Below are positions 1 through 16,168 of a stretch of 64,000 nt of DNA, in pieces; the first letter of the stretch is position 1; every line of letters starts with the position of its first letter. The position numbers were made by a program, and so were the translations under genes. This stretch comes from Eledone cirrhosa (Eukaryota). The notes beneath the pieces are model-generated. The model made no database searches, was not told the DNA's origin, and saw only the letters and a list, made by a program, of their open reading frames with translations. Location: assembly GCA_964016885.1 (NCBI GenBank), contig OZ024759.1, positions 2,728,001 through 2,792,000 of the forward strand, read 5' to 3'.

Positions 1-991
1 CCTTCGACAGAGTCCCCCGTTCCATTATCTGGTGGGCTCTTAGAAAACTAGGTGTTGACGAATGGCTTGTCAGAGCTATACAAGCCATGTATAAAGAAAC
101 AGTCAGCAAGGTTAGAATTAACAACGAATATAGTGAAGAGTTTAGCGTAAAAGTTGATGTCCATCAGGGCTCTGTTCTTAGCCCCCTCTTATTTATTATT
201 GCCCTTCAGGCTATAACAGAGGAGTTCAAGACCAGCTGCCCATGGGAACTCCTATAAGCAGATGATCTAACGCTCATAGCTGAATCAATGGCCGAGCTAG
301 AGAAGAAATTCCAAACATGGAAGCACGGCCTAGAATCAAAAGGCCTTAAAATTAACCTGGCTAAGACTAAAGTTCTAGTTTGTAGGAAAGAAAATAAAGC
401 GCCGGTCCCTTCCGGGAAATGGCCATGCTCAGTGTGTAGGAAAGGCGTAGGTAGAAACTCCATTTTATGTCCCAAATGCAAAGTATGGGTGCATAAAAGA
501 TGTAGTGGGATCACAGGTAAGCTAACTAAGAACATAGATTTTACATGTGGCCGGTGCTCTGGTGCAATAAGTAGCAGCAAGTGCCCACAAAATACTAACT
601 CTTTCAATTGTGCAGAGGGTTCTATAGAAATAGTGGACAGCTTCCGTTACCTGGGCGACAAAATCAGCAGTGGGGGAGGGTGCTCTGAAAGTACAGTAGC
701 TAGAGTCAGAACTGGTTGGAAAAAGTTCACTATTAGCCGCTAAAGGGTTCTCCCTAAGAATGAAAGGCAGGTTGTATGATGCCTGCATACGAACAGCAAT
801 GTTGCATGGCAGTGAGACCTGGGCATTGTGTGCAGAGGATATACGCAGACTAGAGAGGAACGAAGCTTGCATGCTCCGCTGGATGTGTAATAGTAATATA
901 CGTGAACGGCAAAGCATAAGCGAACTAAGGAAAAAATTAGAAATAAGAGGGATCAGATGTTGTTTACTTGAGAGAAGGCTACGTTGGTATA
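1..991 (+). pseudogene. RTE-clade LINE fragment (RT C-terminal half + PHD-like Cys finger), decayed
   Basis: Closely similar to the ORF at 12800-15900 (LFII.LQAITEEFKT.CPWELL, WPCSVCRKGVGRNSILCPKC). The Y of YADD is mutated to TAA (~255) and there is a frameshift near 730-745. Confidence 0.9.
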
Positions 992-993
992 GT

Positions 994-1039
<46 letters not shown>

Positions 1040-1042
<3 letters not shown>

Positions 1043-1372
1043 CATCATCATCATGATCACTGTTTTACGTCCGTTCTTCCACGCTCGCATGGGTTAGATG
1101 GGTTGTCGTGTTGTGGGCAGTGTCCAGTCAGTTGACCTTGTCTTGCTCATACGGGAACTGATTCTGGCTTGATTTCTACAGCTGGATGCTCTTCCTAACA
1201 CCAACCTCATTTACAATGAGTGCTGGGTGGTTTTTTTACGTGGCGCCTACACGTCGACTTTACAGTCGGAGGGTGTGGGGGCATGTTGTGGGGTCGGGTC
1301 TTCTGTATTACTGCGTGACGCCATAGGTCACGGTCGTGTGTCATCGCCTTTGCGAGGTGTAATTGGGTAAGG
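1040..1372 (-). mobile_element. RTE LINE 3' end (ORF end, 3'UTR, (GAT)n tail)
   Basis: Encodes LTQLHLAKAMTHDRDLWRHAVIQ like the RTE ORF end; 3'UTR matches 12497-12800; the tail abuts (TA)n. Confidence 0.85.
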
Positions 1373-3128
1373 TATGTATGTATATATATAAATGTATATA
1401 TATATATAGATATCATATAGATAGATGAGTGTATATATATATATATGGGATAACAAATTATCGTTATAGGTAATCCAGTTAGAGGTTGTGAATACTCCGT
1501 ATTGTGGATAGTTTTAACGTATGGCGTGGTTTGACTCAACAAGAGGTTTCCTTAGTTAGGCTGCGAGTTCTCGGCATTCCCATACAGGTTATACTTGGAG
1601 TAATAATAGTGAAAGAGTGAAGAATAACATGGTGAATAGTACAAAAAGGGTTTTATTTACAGTATTAACAATTATTTCATTGATTAGGTTGTCTAAAAAT
1701 TGTTAATCACTTGAAGTTGTGTCACTCAATTTTAAATACATGCATGCCTAATCAAATCATCGTAAAAACTGATTAAAATTATACACGGCGTTTGTAATAT
1801 ACTAGGAAAATTCAAATTACATCAGTAATAAAGAAAGTAGACAAAAGAAAAAGAGAGAAACATAAAAGAGAAAAAATAAAAATAAAAATAAATAAAAATA
1901 AAAATAAAAAAAATATTAAATAAATTATTATTTATTTGTTTATTTTTATTTTTATTTTTTTCTCTTTTATTTTTCTCTCCTTTTTTCTTCTTTCTTTATT
2001 ACTGATGTTGCAATTTTATCAAAATGGAAAGCATTCTACATAAAAAATAGGAAAACAAAATAAATAAATCCAATTACAACTTTGATCTTATTTTCAAATC
2101 TAAGAAGTATCCACCTTGCAACAAACTACTAGCCGAATTTGAAAACGAAATAATCTCCATCATACAAAATATTAAATTTAAAAGAAACCAATTTATCGGC
2201 CAGGAGTGCCTTAAAGGCCCCAAGAATAAAATAGAGAGTCTAGAAAAAACAAAGAAGATCCTTGTAAAATCTGACAAAACCAATAATTTATATGGTATGG
2301 AGAAAGGATGAGTATAATAACCTAATACTCAAAGAACTCAGGAAAAACTACAAAAGGACATCAAATGAAGATCTTTCAACCCTAAATAGAGAAGCTTCGG
2401 AAATTATTTATAAATTAGGCATTCAAAATAAGACTGAACCCTTTATGCTTAGAAAACCGAAGGATAACTTGAAGGACCACAAAAGAAATCTTGAAGTTGA
2501 ACTACCAGTCAGACTCATCCTACCATCTAAATCTGACTTAGGCATAATTAGCAAGCATATACTAGATAGAATTATACCACTACTTAAAGAAAAATCACAC
2601 CTTAAACTATGGAACGGTACTAATGAAGTAATAGATTGGTTTAAAAACATAAAATTAAAACATTAATTCAAATGGATATTACAAAAGGCACTTATCTACG
2701 CTTCTAAACATACAGACCTATCTAGTGAAGAAATGAATATCATTCTAACAGCACATAAAACCATAATAGAATTTAATAACCATCTCTGGACAAGAGCCGA
2801 CAGACAAAACAATTTTGATATCACTATGGGATCATCTGACTCGGCGCAAGTAACAGATCTCGCTGCATTATTTATTAATAATGTACTGCATAGAAAAATG
2901 CCAGAGATGACCGGAGGTTTATATCGTGACGATATGTTACTTTTAATTGAAAACCATAGCAATAGGGAAATTAATAGAAAAAAGAAATCCATAATACAGT
3001 TTTTCAACAGCTACAACCTTAATTTAGAAATCGAGAATAATTATAAAATCGTTAACTTCTTAGATGTAACCTTAGCTCAGGTATTTATTATCCATTCCAT
3101 AAAATTAACGAAAATCTAAATTACGTAA

Positions 3129-3854
3129 ACGGAAAAAATGAAACGAAATTTCATTTTCCTCTCTTAGTACGGCTGTTACTTAAATGTAAGTATGTATACG
3201 TACATACATATATGTATACAGACGTACAGTAGTATGTATATATACATACATGCACACATATATATATGTACGTATGGATTCACCGAACATTTATTATAAT
3301 GCTCGGTGTGTTTGTAAACAAACATCCCGTATTAAGCCGTACAGTGTCTAGCAACCATCGTTGCTCATTTGTTCAACACTGACAAAGGAACGCTGTACTA
3401 GTTTCAAGCTTATTAGCTATCGTCAGCAACGTATACCTTCCTGCCAGATGATTGAACGTGTGAAAGTATATACTTTCCTTATGCATATTAATGGCTGAGC
3501 AGCCTAATTTGCATATCGAGTGGGTTAATCGGCTGGGTGCACCGAAAATGATAAACGGAAAAAATGAAACGAAATTTCATTTCCCACTCTTAGTACGGCT
3601 GTTACTTAAATATAAGTATGTATACGTACATACATATATGTATACAGACGTACAGTAGTATGTATATATACATACATACATGCACACATATATATATGTA
3701 CGTATGGATTCACCGAACATTTATTATAATGCTCGGTGTATTTGTAAACAAACATCCCGTATTAAGCCGTAGTGTCTAGCAACCATCGTTGCTCGTTTGT
3801 TCAACACTGACAAAGGAACTCTGTACTAGTTTCAAGCTCATACATACTTATATT
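3129..3854 (-). mobile_element. Non-coding ~1.7-mer of a 426-bp unit with a minimal hammerhead, 12-bp TSD (retrozyme-like)
   Basis: Unit starts at 3126 and 3552. TSD TAAATTACGTAA at 3117-3128 and 3855-3866; removing the insert restores the Penelope peptide PFHKINENLNYVSFNSNHP. Confidence 0.8.
3391..3431 (-). ncRNA. Minimal type I hammerhead ribozyme
   Basis: Minus strand reads CGTTG-CTGACGA-TAGCTAATAAGCTT-GAAAC-TA-GTA-CAGCG: 5-bp stem I (one G-U), intact core, AGCT/AGCT stem II, palindromic ACTAGT stem III, GUA cleavage triplet. Confidence 0.85.
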
Positions 3855-5990
3855 TAAATTACGTAAGTTTCAATTCTAATCATCCTAGAAATATTAAAAA
3901 TATTATTGTCAATAGTGTCCAGCAACGGATTTCATGCATCTCTGCTAATAAAAATATTTTTGATGATAAGGCAGAATATTACAATGAGGCTTTACATAGG
4001 GCAGGATACTCAAATAAAATTAAATACTTAGATAACAATAACATGATAAATCATCATAGAATACATTATAATAACAATAAGCAATTCAACTTAAATAGTA
4101 AACCAAACAAAAAAACTAGAACTAGAACTATTATTTGGTACTCTCCCCCATTCTCATTAGGCGTTAAAACACCTGTAGCAAAGCTATTTTTCAAAGCACT
4201 AGATAAGTGTTTTCCTAAAGCCCACAGATACCACTCTATTTTTAACAGAAATACTATAAAACTATCCTACTCTACTACTATGAACATAGCACAAAATATA
4301 AATAGAATTAATAATAGAAACTTAAATTTAAACCCTAACCAAACAAACCAAGATAGCAATAATAATATTTCTAATAACAATATTCATAATATGTTCCTAG
4401 TAACAACAACTCCAGAAAATGTAACTGTAGAATTAAATCAAACTGCCCTTTACAAAATAATTGCTTAGACAAAAACGTAATTTATAAATACACAGTTAAA
4501 ACTAGAGACAAAATATTTAACTATATAGGTGCCACTTCTACAAAATTCAAAGAACGCTGGTACAACCACAAACATACATTTAATAGGTCCGATAAAAAAT
4601 CTTCCACTTCACTTTCACATCTAATATGGAATTTAAAGGACAACAATATAGACTATTCAATATCTTGGGGAACGATTTCGAAAGCACCTGCATACCGAAA
4701 TATGGCTTTCTCAAGAATCTATCTTTTGTGTATCGAGGAAATTTTTTTATATAATTAACTGTCAAAACTCTATTAATTTAAAAACAGAATTATTTTCTAC
4801 TCGCAGACATCGCCACAAATCCACTTTCCGAAGTATTTTTAACCTATAATATTCATTACACTTGACTATATCTTATACACCTTTAAAATGATCCTATTAT
4901 CTATTGAGGTTTTCTTTAAATATTTAAGATTTTTTAAATGATCTTCCTTCTTAAATTTAGTATTTTTACCATTTGATATCCTTTTCCTAATGATATTCTT
5001 CTTAATCTATTTTTTAGATGTAGATTGATACTCTTTAATTGACATTCTGAAAGATATCCTATGCACTCTTGACTTATCTAATAATACATTTTTTCCTCTT
5101 TAATCTTCAAACTTTCCACACATCTTTCGACGTAAATAATATATAATAGTAATTCTCATCCTTGAAAAACGTGTAATATAAAAACCTTATAATCTCACAC
5201 AAAATAATATATAATTTTCTCTACATACTTTCTAAGAAAATCATTCATTAAATTTAATGGTTAGCAAATAATATTCGAGTTATCTTTACCTTTACAATTG
5301 AGCAAACATAGACATAATAACTTGTATGATAAATTATATAATTTCGCTAAATTAACAATGTTCTGAAAACATTTTCAATGTTGGAACAAAATATTTGAAT
5401 CTACAAATTGTTCTTCTCTTACAACTTGAACTACGTCTTTTTCTTAAATATTTATGTAAAATGTAAAATCAACCTCCTTCGTAACTCATATTAGAAATGT
5501 AAACAATTAATACGTGTGTTTTATTTCTATAAAATAGCAATAATACTTATACTTGCACACTTATTAATCTATATAGATATTTATATACTTACAACCATAA
5601 TTCTTCATATGATCTAATTAATTTTATATATAATATTATAACTCATAATATAGCTAAATTTTTTTAAATTCTGGAATCATATTACACCATTCCTACAAAC
5701 TGTTAATTCTTTTTAAATTCACGTAAATACAAACTTTTCTTTCTTTCACTTTCTTCTTCCTACATATACATACATATATCCTAATAATTATTTAAATCTA
5801 CCTAACGTCTAAAATAACGTTTTTTCAGCCCTATACATCAACCCCATTTGCATATTCATCTTAATAATTTGAAATATTTGACTTTTCTTCTCTTTCCCTT
5901 TCCCTTCTTTCCTTTTACTATCCAGGAAAAACTTGAACCGTTAAGATCTCCTTCCTGAATATGTCAATATTTATAAAACAAACTTTGTAT

Positions 5991-6141
5991 TTTATCTGAT
6001 GAGGGCGTACCAGAGTTTTGGTACCCTTAAAATATATATATAATAGAATAAATATGGTTTTATAAATATAGTTTCCATTTATTTAATATCATTGTATATT
6101 ATACTCCAGAAATCTGTTGAGAGCTCTAAATCAGTTATAAA
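5991..6141 (+). ncRNA. Degenerate type I hammerhead with ~100-nt stem II region in the Penelope 3' repeat
   Basis: TTTAT-CTGATGA-...-GAAA-TCTG...CAG-TT-ATAAA. Stem I TTTAT/ATAAA pairs, but stems II and III are imperfect. Confidence 0.4.
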
Positions 6142-6185
6142 CATTTATATTTGTTGAATTACTAACAAATTGAATATCCCTTCTG

Positions 6186-6242
<57 letters not shown>

Positions 6243-6271
6243 CGGTGTCATTATATATATATATGTATATA

Positions 6272-6992
<721 letters not shown>

Positions 6993-6997
<5 letters not shown>

Positions 6998-7514
6998 TTA
7001 GTTAAGCAAAACAAGTCCACAAATTTCACAAGGAAGACATTATTAAAAGATTGTCAACATATTTTAGTTTGATATAAGGAATGTAGAGAATAATAATAAT
7101 AATATTAATAATAATAATGTCCGTTTACAATTGTTTCGCTACTCCATATAATATTTCTGGATCAGATGACTATATATCATAATTGATCTGGTTCAGTTGA
7201 AGATAATTAACATATTTAAAAAACAGAGTGGCTCATCGGAACTTCAAAGGAATATAAATTAAAATAATGGGATAATGTTAATATAATGTTCCATATATTG
7301 GTTTTTATCTGAACCAGATCAATTATGATATATAGTCATCTGATCCAGAAATATTATATGGAGTAGCGAAACAATTGTAAACGGACATTATTATTATTAA
7401 TATTATTATTATTATTCTCTACATTCCTTACATCAAACTAAAATATGTTGACAATCTTTTAATAATGTCTTCCTTGTGAAGTTTGTGGTCTTGTTTTACT
7501 TAACTAATGAATAT
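6993..7514. repeat. ~204-bp inverted repeat (arms 6993-7196 and 7309-7514), probable inverted Penelope pLTR
   Basis: Arms are near-perfect reverse complements and overlap a hammerhead-like motif. Confidence 0.85.
7123..7242 (-). ncRNA. Hammerhead-like motif with long stem II loop and a core mutation
   Basis: GTT-CCGATGA-GCCACTC-(~80 nt)-GAGTAGC-GAAA-CAATTG-TA-AAC. Core is CCGATGA instead of CTGATGA; stem III is the palindrome ACAATTGT. Confidence 0.6.
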
Positions 7515-7677
7515 TTCCAGCTCTGCGCACCTAACTTCTGCATGAACCCAGCCACCTAGCTCCTTTCTACTGCATATTGCACATTGAGCACATGCCTTTA
7601 CGCTTTGGCTTCTAACTAACTCACCAATATTTCCTCTACTATCTCCATCTCTCTCTTTAAGATTGGTTACTCTTGAA

Positions 7678-7734
<57 letters not shown>

Positions 7735-7743
7735 TTGTAATAT

Positions 7744-7845
7744 AATGAGACGAAATTTCATTTCTCACTCTTAGTACGGCACTTACTTAAATGTAAGTAT
7801 GTATGTATACGTACATACATATAGGTATACAGACGTACAGTAGCA

Positions 7846-7929
<84 letters not shown>

Positions 7930-8144
7930 CAGGTACACATATATGTATGTACGTATCAGTTTAGCGAACGTTTATTATAACGCCCGCTTTGTTCGTTTGT
8001 AAACCAGCGAACAGCCTGATTTATGCCATACGGTGTTAAGGCAACCATGTGTACCTGTATGTATGTATATATATATATATATATATATGCATGCTACTGT
8101 ACGTCTGTATACATATATGTATGTACGTATACATACATACTTAC

Positions 8145-8149
<5 letters not shown>
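7744..8149. mobile_element. Diverged, truncated and inverted relative of the 426-bp retrozyme-like unit
   Basis: Shares gaaatttcatt..ctcttagtacggc..tacagacgtacagtag..tttattataa..gcaaccat with 3129-3360; 8047-8149 is an inverted copy of ~7787-7940. Confidence 0.7.
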
Positions 8150-8202
<53 letters not shown>

Positions 8203-8215
8203 TCATCGCTGTCAT

Positions 8216-8246
<31 letters not shown>

Positions 8247-8302
8247 GTATATATATATTAAGAGAGTAAAACAAAGAATCCTTTAATACATCAAAAGTTT
8301 TT

Positions 8303-8347
8303 ATTAGCCGACAATGTTTCGTCCTATTAAGGACTCATCAGGGCAAT
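8303..8347 (-). ncRNA. Minimal type I hammerhead ribozyme (copy 1)
   Basis: GCC-CTGATGA-GTCC-TTAATA-GGAC-GAAAC-ATT-GTC-GGC: canonical core, 4-bp stem II, GUC cleavage site. Confidence 0.9.
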
Positions 8348-8369
8348 CAAAACAACAAGAAGTAATATC

Positions 8370-8515
8370 ATCTCATTTCTACAGCTAAGTAAACTGGAGG
8401 AATGTGAAATAAAGTGTCTTGCTCAAGGAAACAACACATCACCCGGTCTGAGAATTGAACTCACAACCCTTTGATTGCAAGGCCAATGCTCTAACCACTA
8501 AACCATGTGCCTCCA
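8370..8515 (-). mobile_element. tRNA-derived SINE (head + core)
   Basis: A box TGGTTTAGTGG and B-box-like GAGTTCAATTC on the minus strand; core ccttgagcaagacactt. Confidence 0.85.
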
Positions 8516-8613
8516 TATACATATATATACATATATATATACATATATATATACATATACATATATATACATATATATATATACATATACATACATATAC
8601 GTATATATATATA

Positions 8614-10127
8614 CTAGCAGAGGTACCCGGCATTGCTCGGGTATTAAATACCAGTTGTGTATACCATTTATGTCAATACTTCAGTGCTGCTTTGAAAACT
8701 ACACTTTTACAAAATCATCAGCTTTTTTCCATTTTGGGATTCCTGCCCCCAGGCGTCCCCTACTCAATATGTGCCAATTCTGAGAGTTCACATTCATCTG
8801 TAGAACAAACGTAGGCCATGTGTCAAGTTTTGTGAAAATCGGTTGCGAACTCCAGAAGTTATGACGTTTTGTTGCATTGCACTGCAGTTCTTCAGTCGAC
8901 TCCAAGGAAGTGGTTAAAGGGGGTTATCTGCCGGGAGGCCCTATAATCAATATCTGGAAAAATGAAAGTGCCCATGACCATCCGGAGTACATAAGTAACC
9001 TATGTCTTAAGTTTGGTGAAAATACTGTAGAAATGCATAAGGTTTACACACGCACGCATTTGTGTGTGTGTGTGTGTGTATTTGTGTGTGCGTATGTATA
9101 TGTATGTGTATGTCCGTCGGCGCATACGTATGTACTGGCCTAAATCTTCACTATTTACTTTTACTATGTTAAGGCAAAGTTAAAATCCCGTCGAGGTTAA
9201 CTTTGCCTTTCATCCTTACGGGGTCGATAAAATAAAGTACCAGTAATGTACTGGGTAATTGCTGGCCTTGTGCCAAAAGTAGAAACAACTGTCATTTTCG
9301 TTTACAATTTTATTTACATCATTCTTAAACTCCGGGGCTGGAAATCATTCGGTTATGTTAAATAGAATATTAGTCTAACGACTCCATTTATACCATAAAC
9401 TTGGACTTGTCTTTACATGAAATTGTTCTTTACGCTCCACATAACGACGTATTATCCTCGCTTTTTCCCCGTTCATTAACAGGGAACGTCTTCACGAACC
9501 AAAATATCGTAAGATCCCGTTAATCTTGAAAGCAGCGATTCTTTGCTTAAACTTTCTTTCTTTCTCAAACCCTCTCCCTTTTTCTCATACCCTCTCTCTC
9601 TCTCACTCACACCCCCTCTCTCTCTTCCTCTACAGAATGGAAAACAATAAAGAACACGTAGATCTCTCTCTCTCTGTCTTTATATATATAGTATATGTGT
9701 TTGTGTGTGTGTGTGTGTGAACCAGCGTTCATCGCCATTCTCTCTTTCTCTATCAGATTATCTTGTACAATGACCTATATCACTCTCTCTCTCTACATCT
9801 CCCTTTCTCTCTTTAGATGTATATGTATATGTGTTATATATATATATAGAGAGAAAGTTGCAACATGCATGTAGTTTCATAGATTGTTGATGGTAGTAGA
9901 CAGAATGAATAAGCATGTAAGAGAGAGGGTTACAGCATGTATTTAGTTTTTTCGATTTTTTTCATAGAAGCAGGAAATTTTTCGCAAAGTTTATTATGCG
10001 TTGACCATCGTTGGTAAATTTGGAGCACATTGGAAAAAAAATCATCAAAATCGGTACAGAAATGTGGAAATGCATAAAAATCATACACACACACAGACAG
10101 ACATCTTCCGTTTTATATATATATAGA
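8614..10127 (-). mobile_element. Non-autonomous Helitron
   Basis: Minus strand begins A|TCTATATATATATAAAACGG and ends with hairpin CCCGAGCAATGCCGGG, 8 nt, then CTAG|T, matching Helitron terminal rules. Contains a SINE fragment at ~9176-9290. Confidence 0.8.
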
Positions 10128-10149
10128 TATATACATATATATAAATATA

Positions 10150-10473
10150 TGGCTTAGTGGTTAGAGCATTGGGCTTGCAATCGAAAGGTTGTGAGTTCAA
10201 TTCTCAGACCGGGTGATGTGTTGTTTCCTTGAGCAAGACACTTTATTTCACATTGCTCCAGTTTACTCAGCTGTAGAAATGAGATGATAGGGACTGGGAT
10301 TCCCTATCATTCCACTGCAAAGTGGTCGTGGAGGTGCCACAGCAAAAAAGCACCCAGCACTCACTGTAAATGAGGTTGGTGTTAGGAAGGGCATCCAGCT
10401 GTAGAAATCAAGCCAGAATCAGTTCCCGTCCTACCCTTGCAAGCAGGGATAAGCGGACATAAAATGATGATGA
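10150..10473 (+). mobile_element. tRNA-derived SINE with RTE-derived 3' tail
   Basis: A/B boxes and core, then sequence matching the RTE 3'UTR (12497-12770) ending in (GAT)n. Confidence 0.85.
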
Positions 10474-10496
10474 TATATATATACATATATATATAC

Positions 10497-10531
<35 letters not shown>

Positions 10532-10582
10532 AATATATATATACATATATATAAACATATATATATATACATATATATAAAC

Positions 10583-10613
<31 letters not shown>

Positions 10614-10657
10614 CATATATATATACATATATATACAGATATATATATATATACATA

Positions 10658-11722
10658 GGATTAGAATACTGGAGCGTGTTGGAGTTAAACACCCTCTTCG
10701 TATTATAGAAATGACAGTAAAAGGTATAGCTCAATGCAGTTAAACAGAGCCAAAAAATTAAGAGAGTAAAACAAAGAATCCTTTAATACATCAAAAGTTT
10801 TTATTAGCCGACAATGTTTCGTCCTATTAAGGACTCATCAGGGCAATCAAAACAACAAGAAGTAATATCGGCAGATACAAGCCGGAAACTCTGAAGAATA
10901 TGGAGTGTACATACACTAAAGTCTTACAAAAATATATGATAATAAAAATGAAAATAAAAATAAAAATAATAAAAATATATAATAAGAATAACTAAGGATG
11001 TAGATAACATTAAGAACCATATTACAAATATAGTCCAAAGCAACTAACCTAAATCTAAACAAATTTGGTTATATAGAGCAGGAATTATATATAACACAAT
11101 ATAATACATTATAATAATATACCTTTACCAACATTAAAATTACAAATTAAAAATCAAAAGGTACAATATATACATGTATATATGTGCGCACACACACACA
11201 CACACACACATATATAACAATACACACATCTATGTTCAACTACACAAATTAAGCCCTAATAGAAGTTTGAATATAAAAATAAGCATGATAAGAGTGAAAA
11301 TAATACTAATACATCTACCCAATATACATGAGGCAATAATATGATATAATTACAAGAAACACATATAATAAATAATAAACAACAAAATTATATAATTCAA
11401 TATAATATAATAAAATAGATAATCCCCGGTTAATTTACAGAAACAATATAGATGTCACAATGAAATACAATGATAATACGTTAACAGTGTACTAACATTT
11501 ACCATAAACAATGTATACAAATCCTAGGGAAGTTATAGATTGGTTCTCTGGGATTAATAGACTTGAATCTAATAAGTTTATCCAATTCGATATTGATGCC
11601 TACTACACATCAATTTCACCCATCCTCCTCAATAAAGCCTTAATGTTGGCCATGAGAGTGTCCAGCCTTACACGATCGCAGGTAGATATTATACTAGCAG
11701 CCCGTAAAACTATTATTAAATT
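10658..11722. mobile_element. Penelope-like fragment: inverted pLTR (-) followed by RT fragment (+)
   Basis: ORF 11511: EVIDWF...FIQFDIDAYYTSIS..LLNKAL is homologous to the Penelope RT at 2600-2780; a minus-strand hammerhead lies upstream. Confidence 0.75.
10803..10847 (-). ncRNA. Minimal type I hammerhead ribozyme (copy 2)
   Basis: Identical to 8303-8347, within a ~113-bp duplicated block (8257-8369 = 10757-10869). Confidence 0.9.
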
Positions 11723-11724
11723 TG

Positions 11725-12023
11725 AGGTGTTGTTTCCTTGAGCAAGACACTTTATTTCACATTCCTCCAGTTTACTTAGCTGTAGAAATGAGATGATAGG
11801 ACTGGGGTCCCTATCATTCCACTGCAAAGTGGTCGTGGAGGTGCGATGGCAAAAAAGCACCCAGCCCACACTGTAAAGTGGACGTGAAAAAAAAGCACCC
11901 AGCACTCACTGGAAATGAGGTTGGTGTTAGGAAGGGCATCCAGCTGTAGAAATCAAGCCAGAATCAGTTCCCCTCCCACCCTTGCAAGCAGGGAAAAGTG
12001 GACGTAAAATGATGATGATGATA
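11725..12023 (+). mobile_element. 5'-truncated SINE with RTE tail
   Basis: Same core and tail as 10150-10473. Confidence 0.8.
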
Positions 12024-12046
12024 ATGTATATATATATATATATATA

Positions 12047-15902
<3,856 letters not shown>

Positions 15903-15917
15903 GTATATATATATATG

Positions 15918-16121
15918 GAGGCACATGGCTTAGTGGTTAGACTATTGGCCTTGCAATCGAAAGGTTGTGAGTTCAATTCTCAGACCGGGTGATGTGTTGT
16001 TTCCTTGAGCAAGACACTTTATTTCACATTGCTCCAGTTTACTCAGCTGTAGAAATCAAGCCAGAATCAGTTCCCGTCCCAGCCTTGCAAGCAGGGAAAA
16101 AGCGGACGTAAAATGAAATGA

Positions 16122-16124
<3 letters not shown>
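15918..16124 (+). mobile_element. SINE with RTE tail, internally deleted
   Basis: Head as in 10150; jumps from core cagctgtagaaat to tail cagctgtagaaat. Confidence 0.8.

Positions 16125-16168
<44 letters not shown>

Larger units (their letters stand above)
1450..6180 (+). mobile_element. Decayed Penelope-like retroelement (RT + GIY-YIG), probably Naiad-type
   Basis: Frameshifted ORF pieces: KSDKTNN, EVIDWF, GSSDSAQVTDL, GGLYRDD, VNFLDVTL, YVSFNSNHP (split by an insertion), IIWYSPPFS, CNCRIKSNCPL..C..VIY...YIG.T..FKERWYNH (~4420-4580). Inverted repeat at ~1818-2010 and AT-rich 3' region with a hammerhead-like motif. Boundaries approximate. Confidence 0.85.

Noticed and set aside
4420-4830. 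Selenocysteine recoding as in some Naiad elements
   Set aside because: The readable Cys codons are TGT/TGC; no conserved in-frame TGA or SECIS was identified.
15903-15976. N-terminus of the 1058-aa track ORF
   Set aside because: Antisense SINE head plus TA repeat, not part of the RTE protein.
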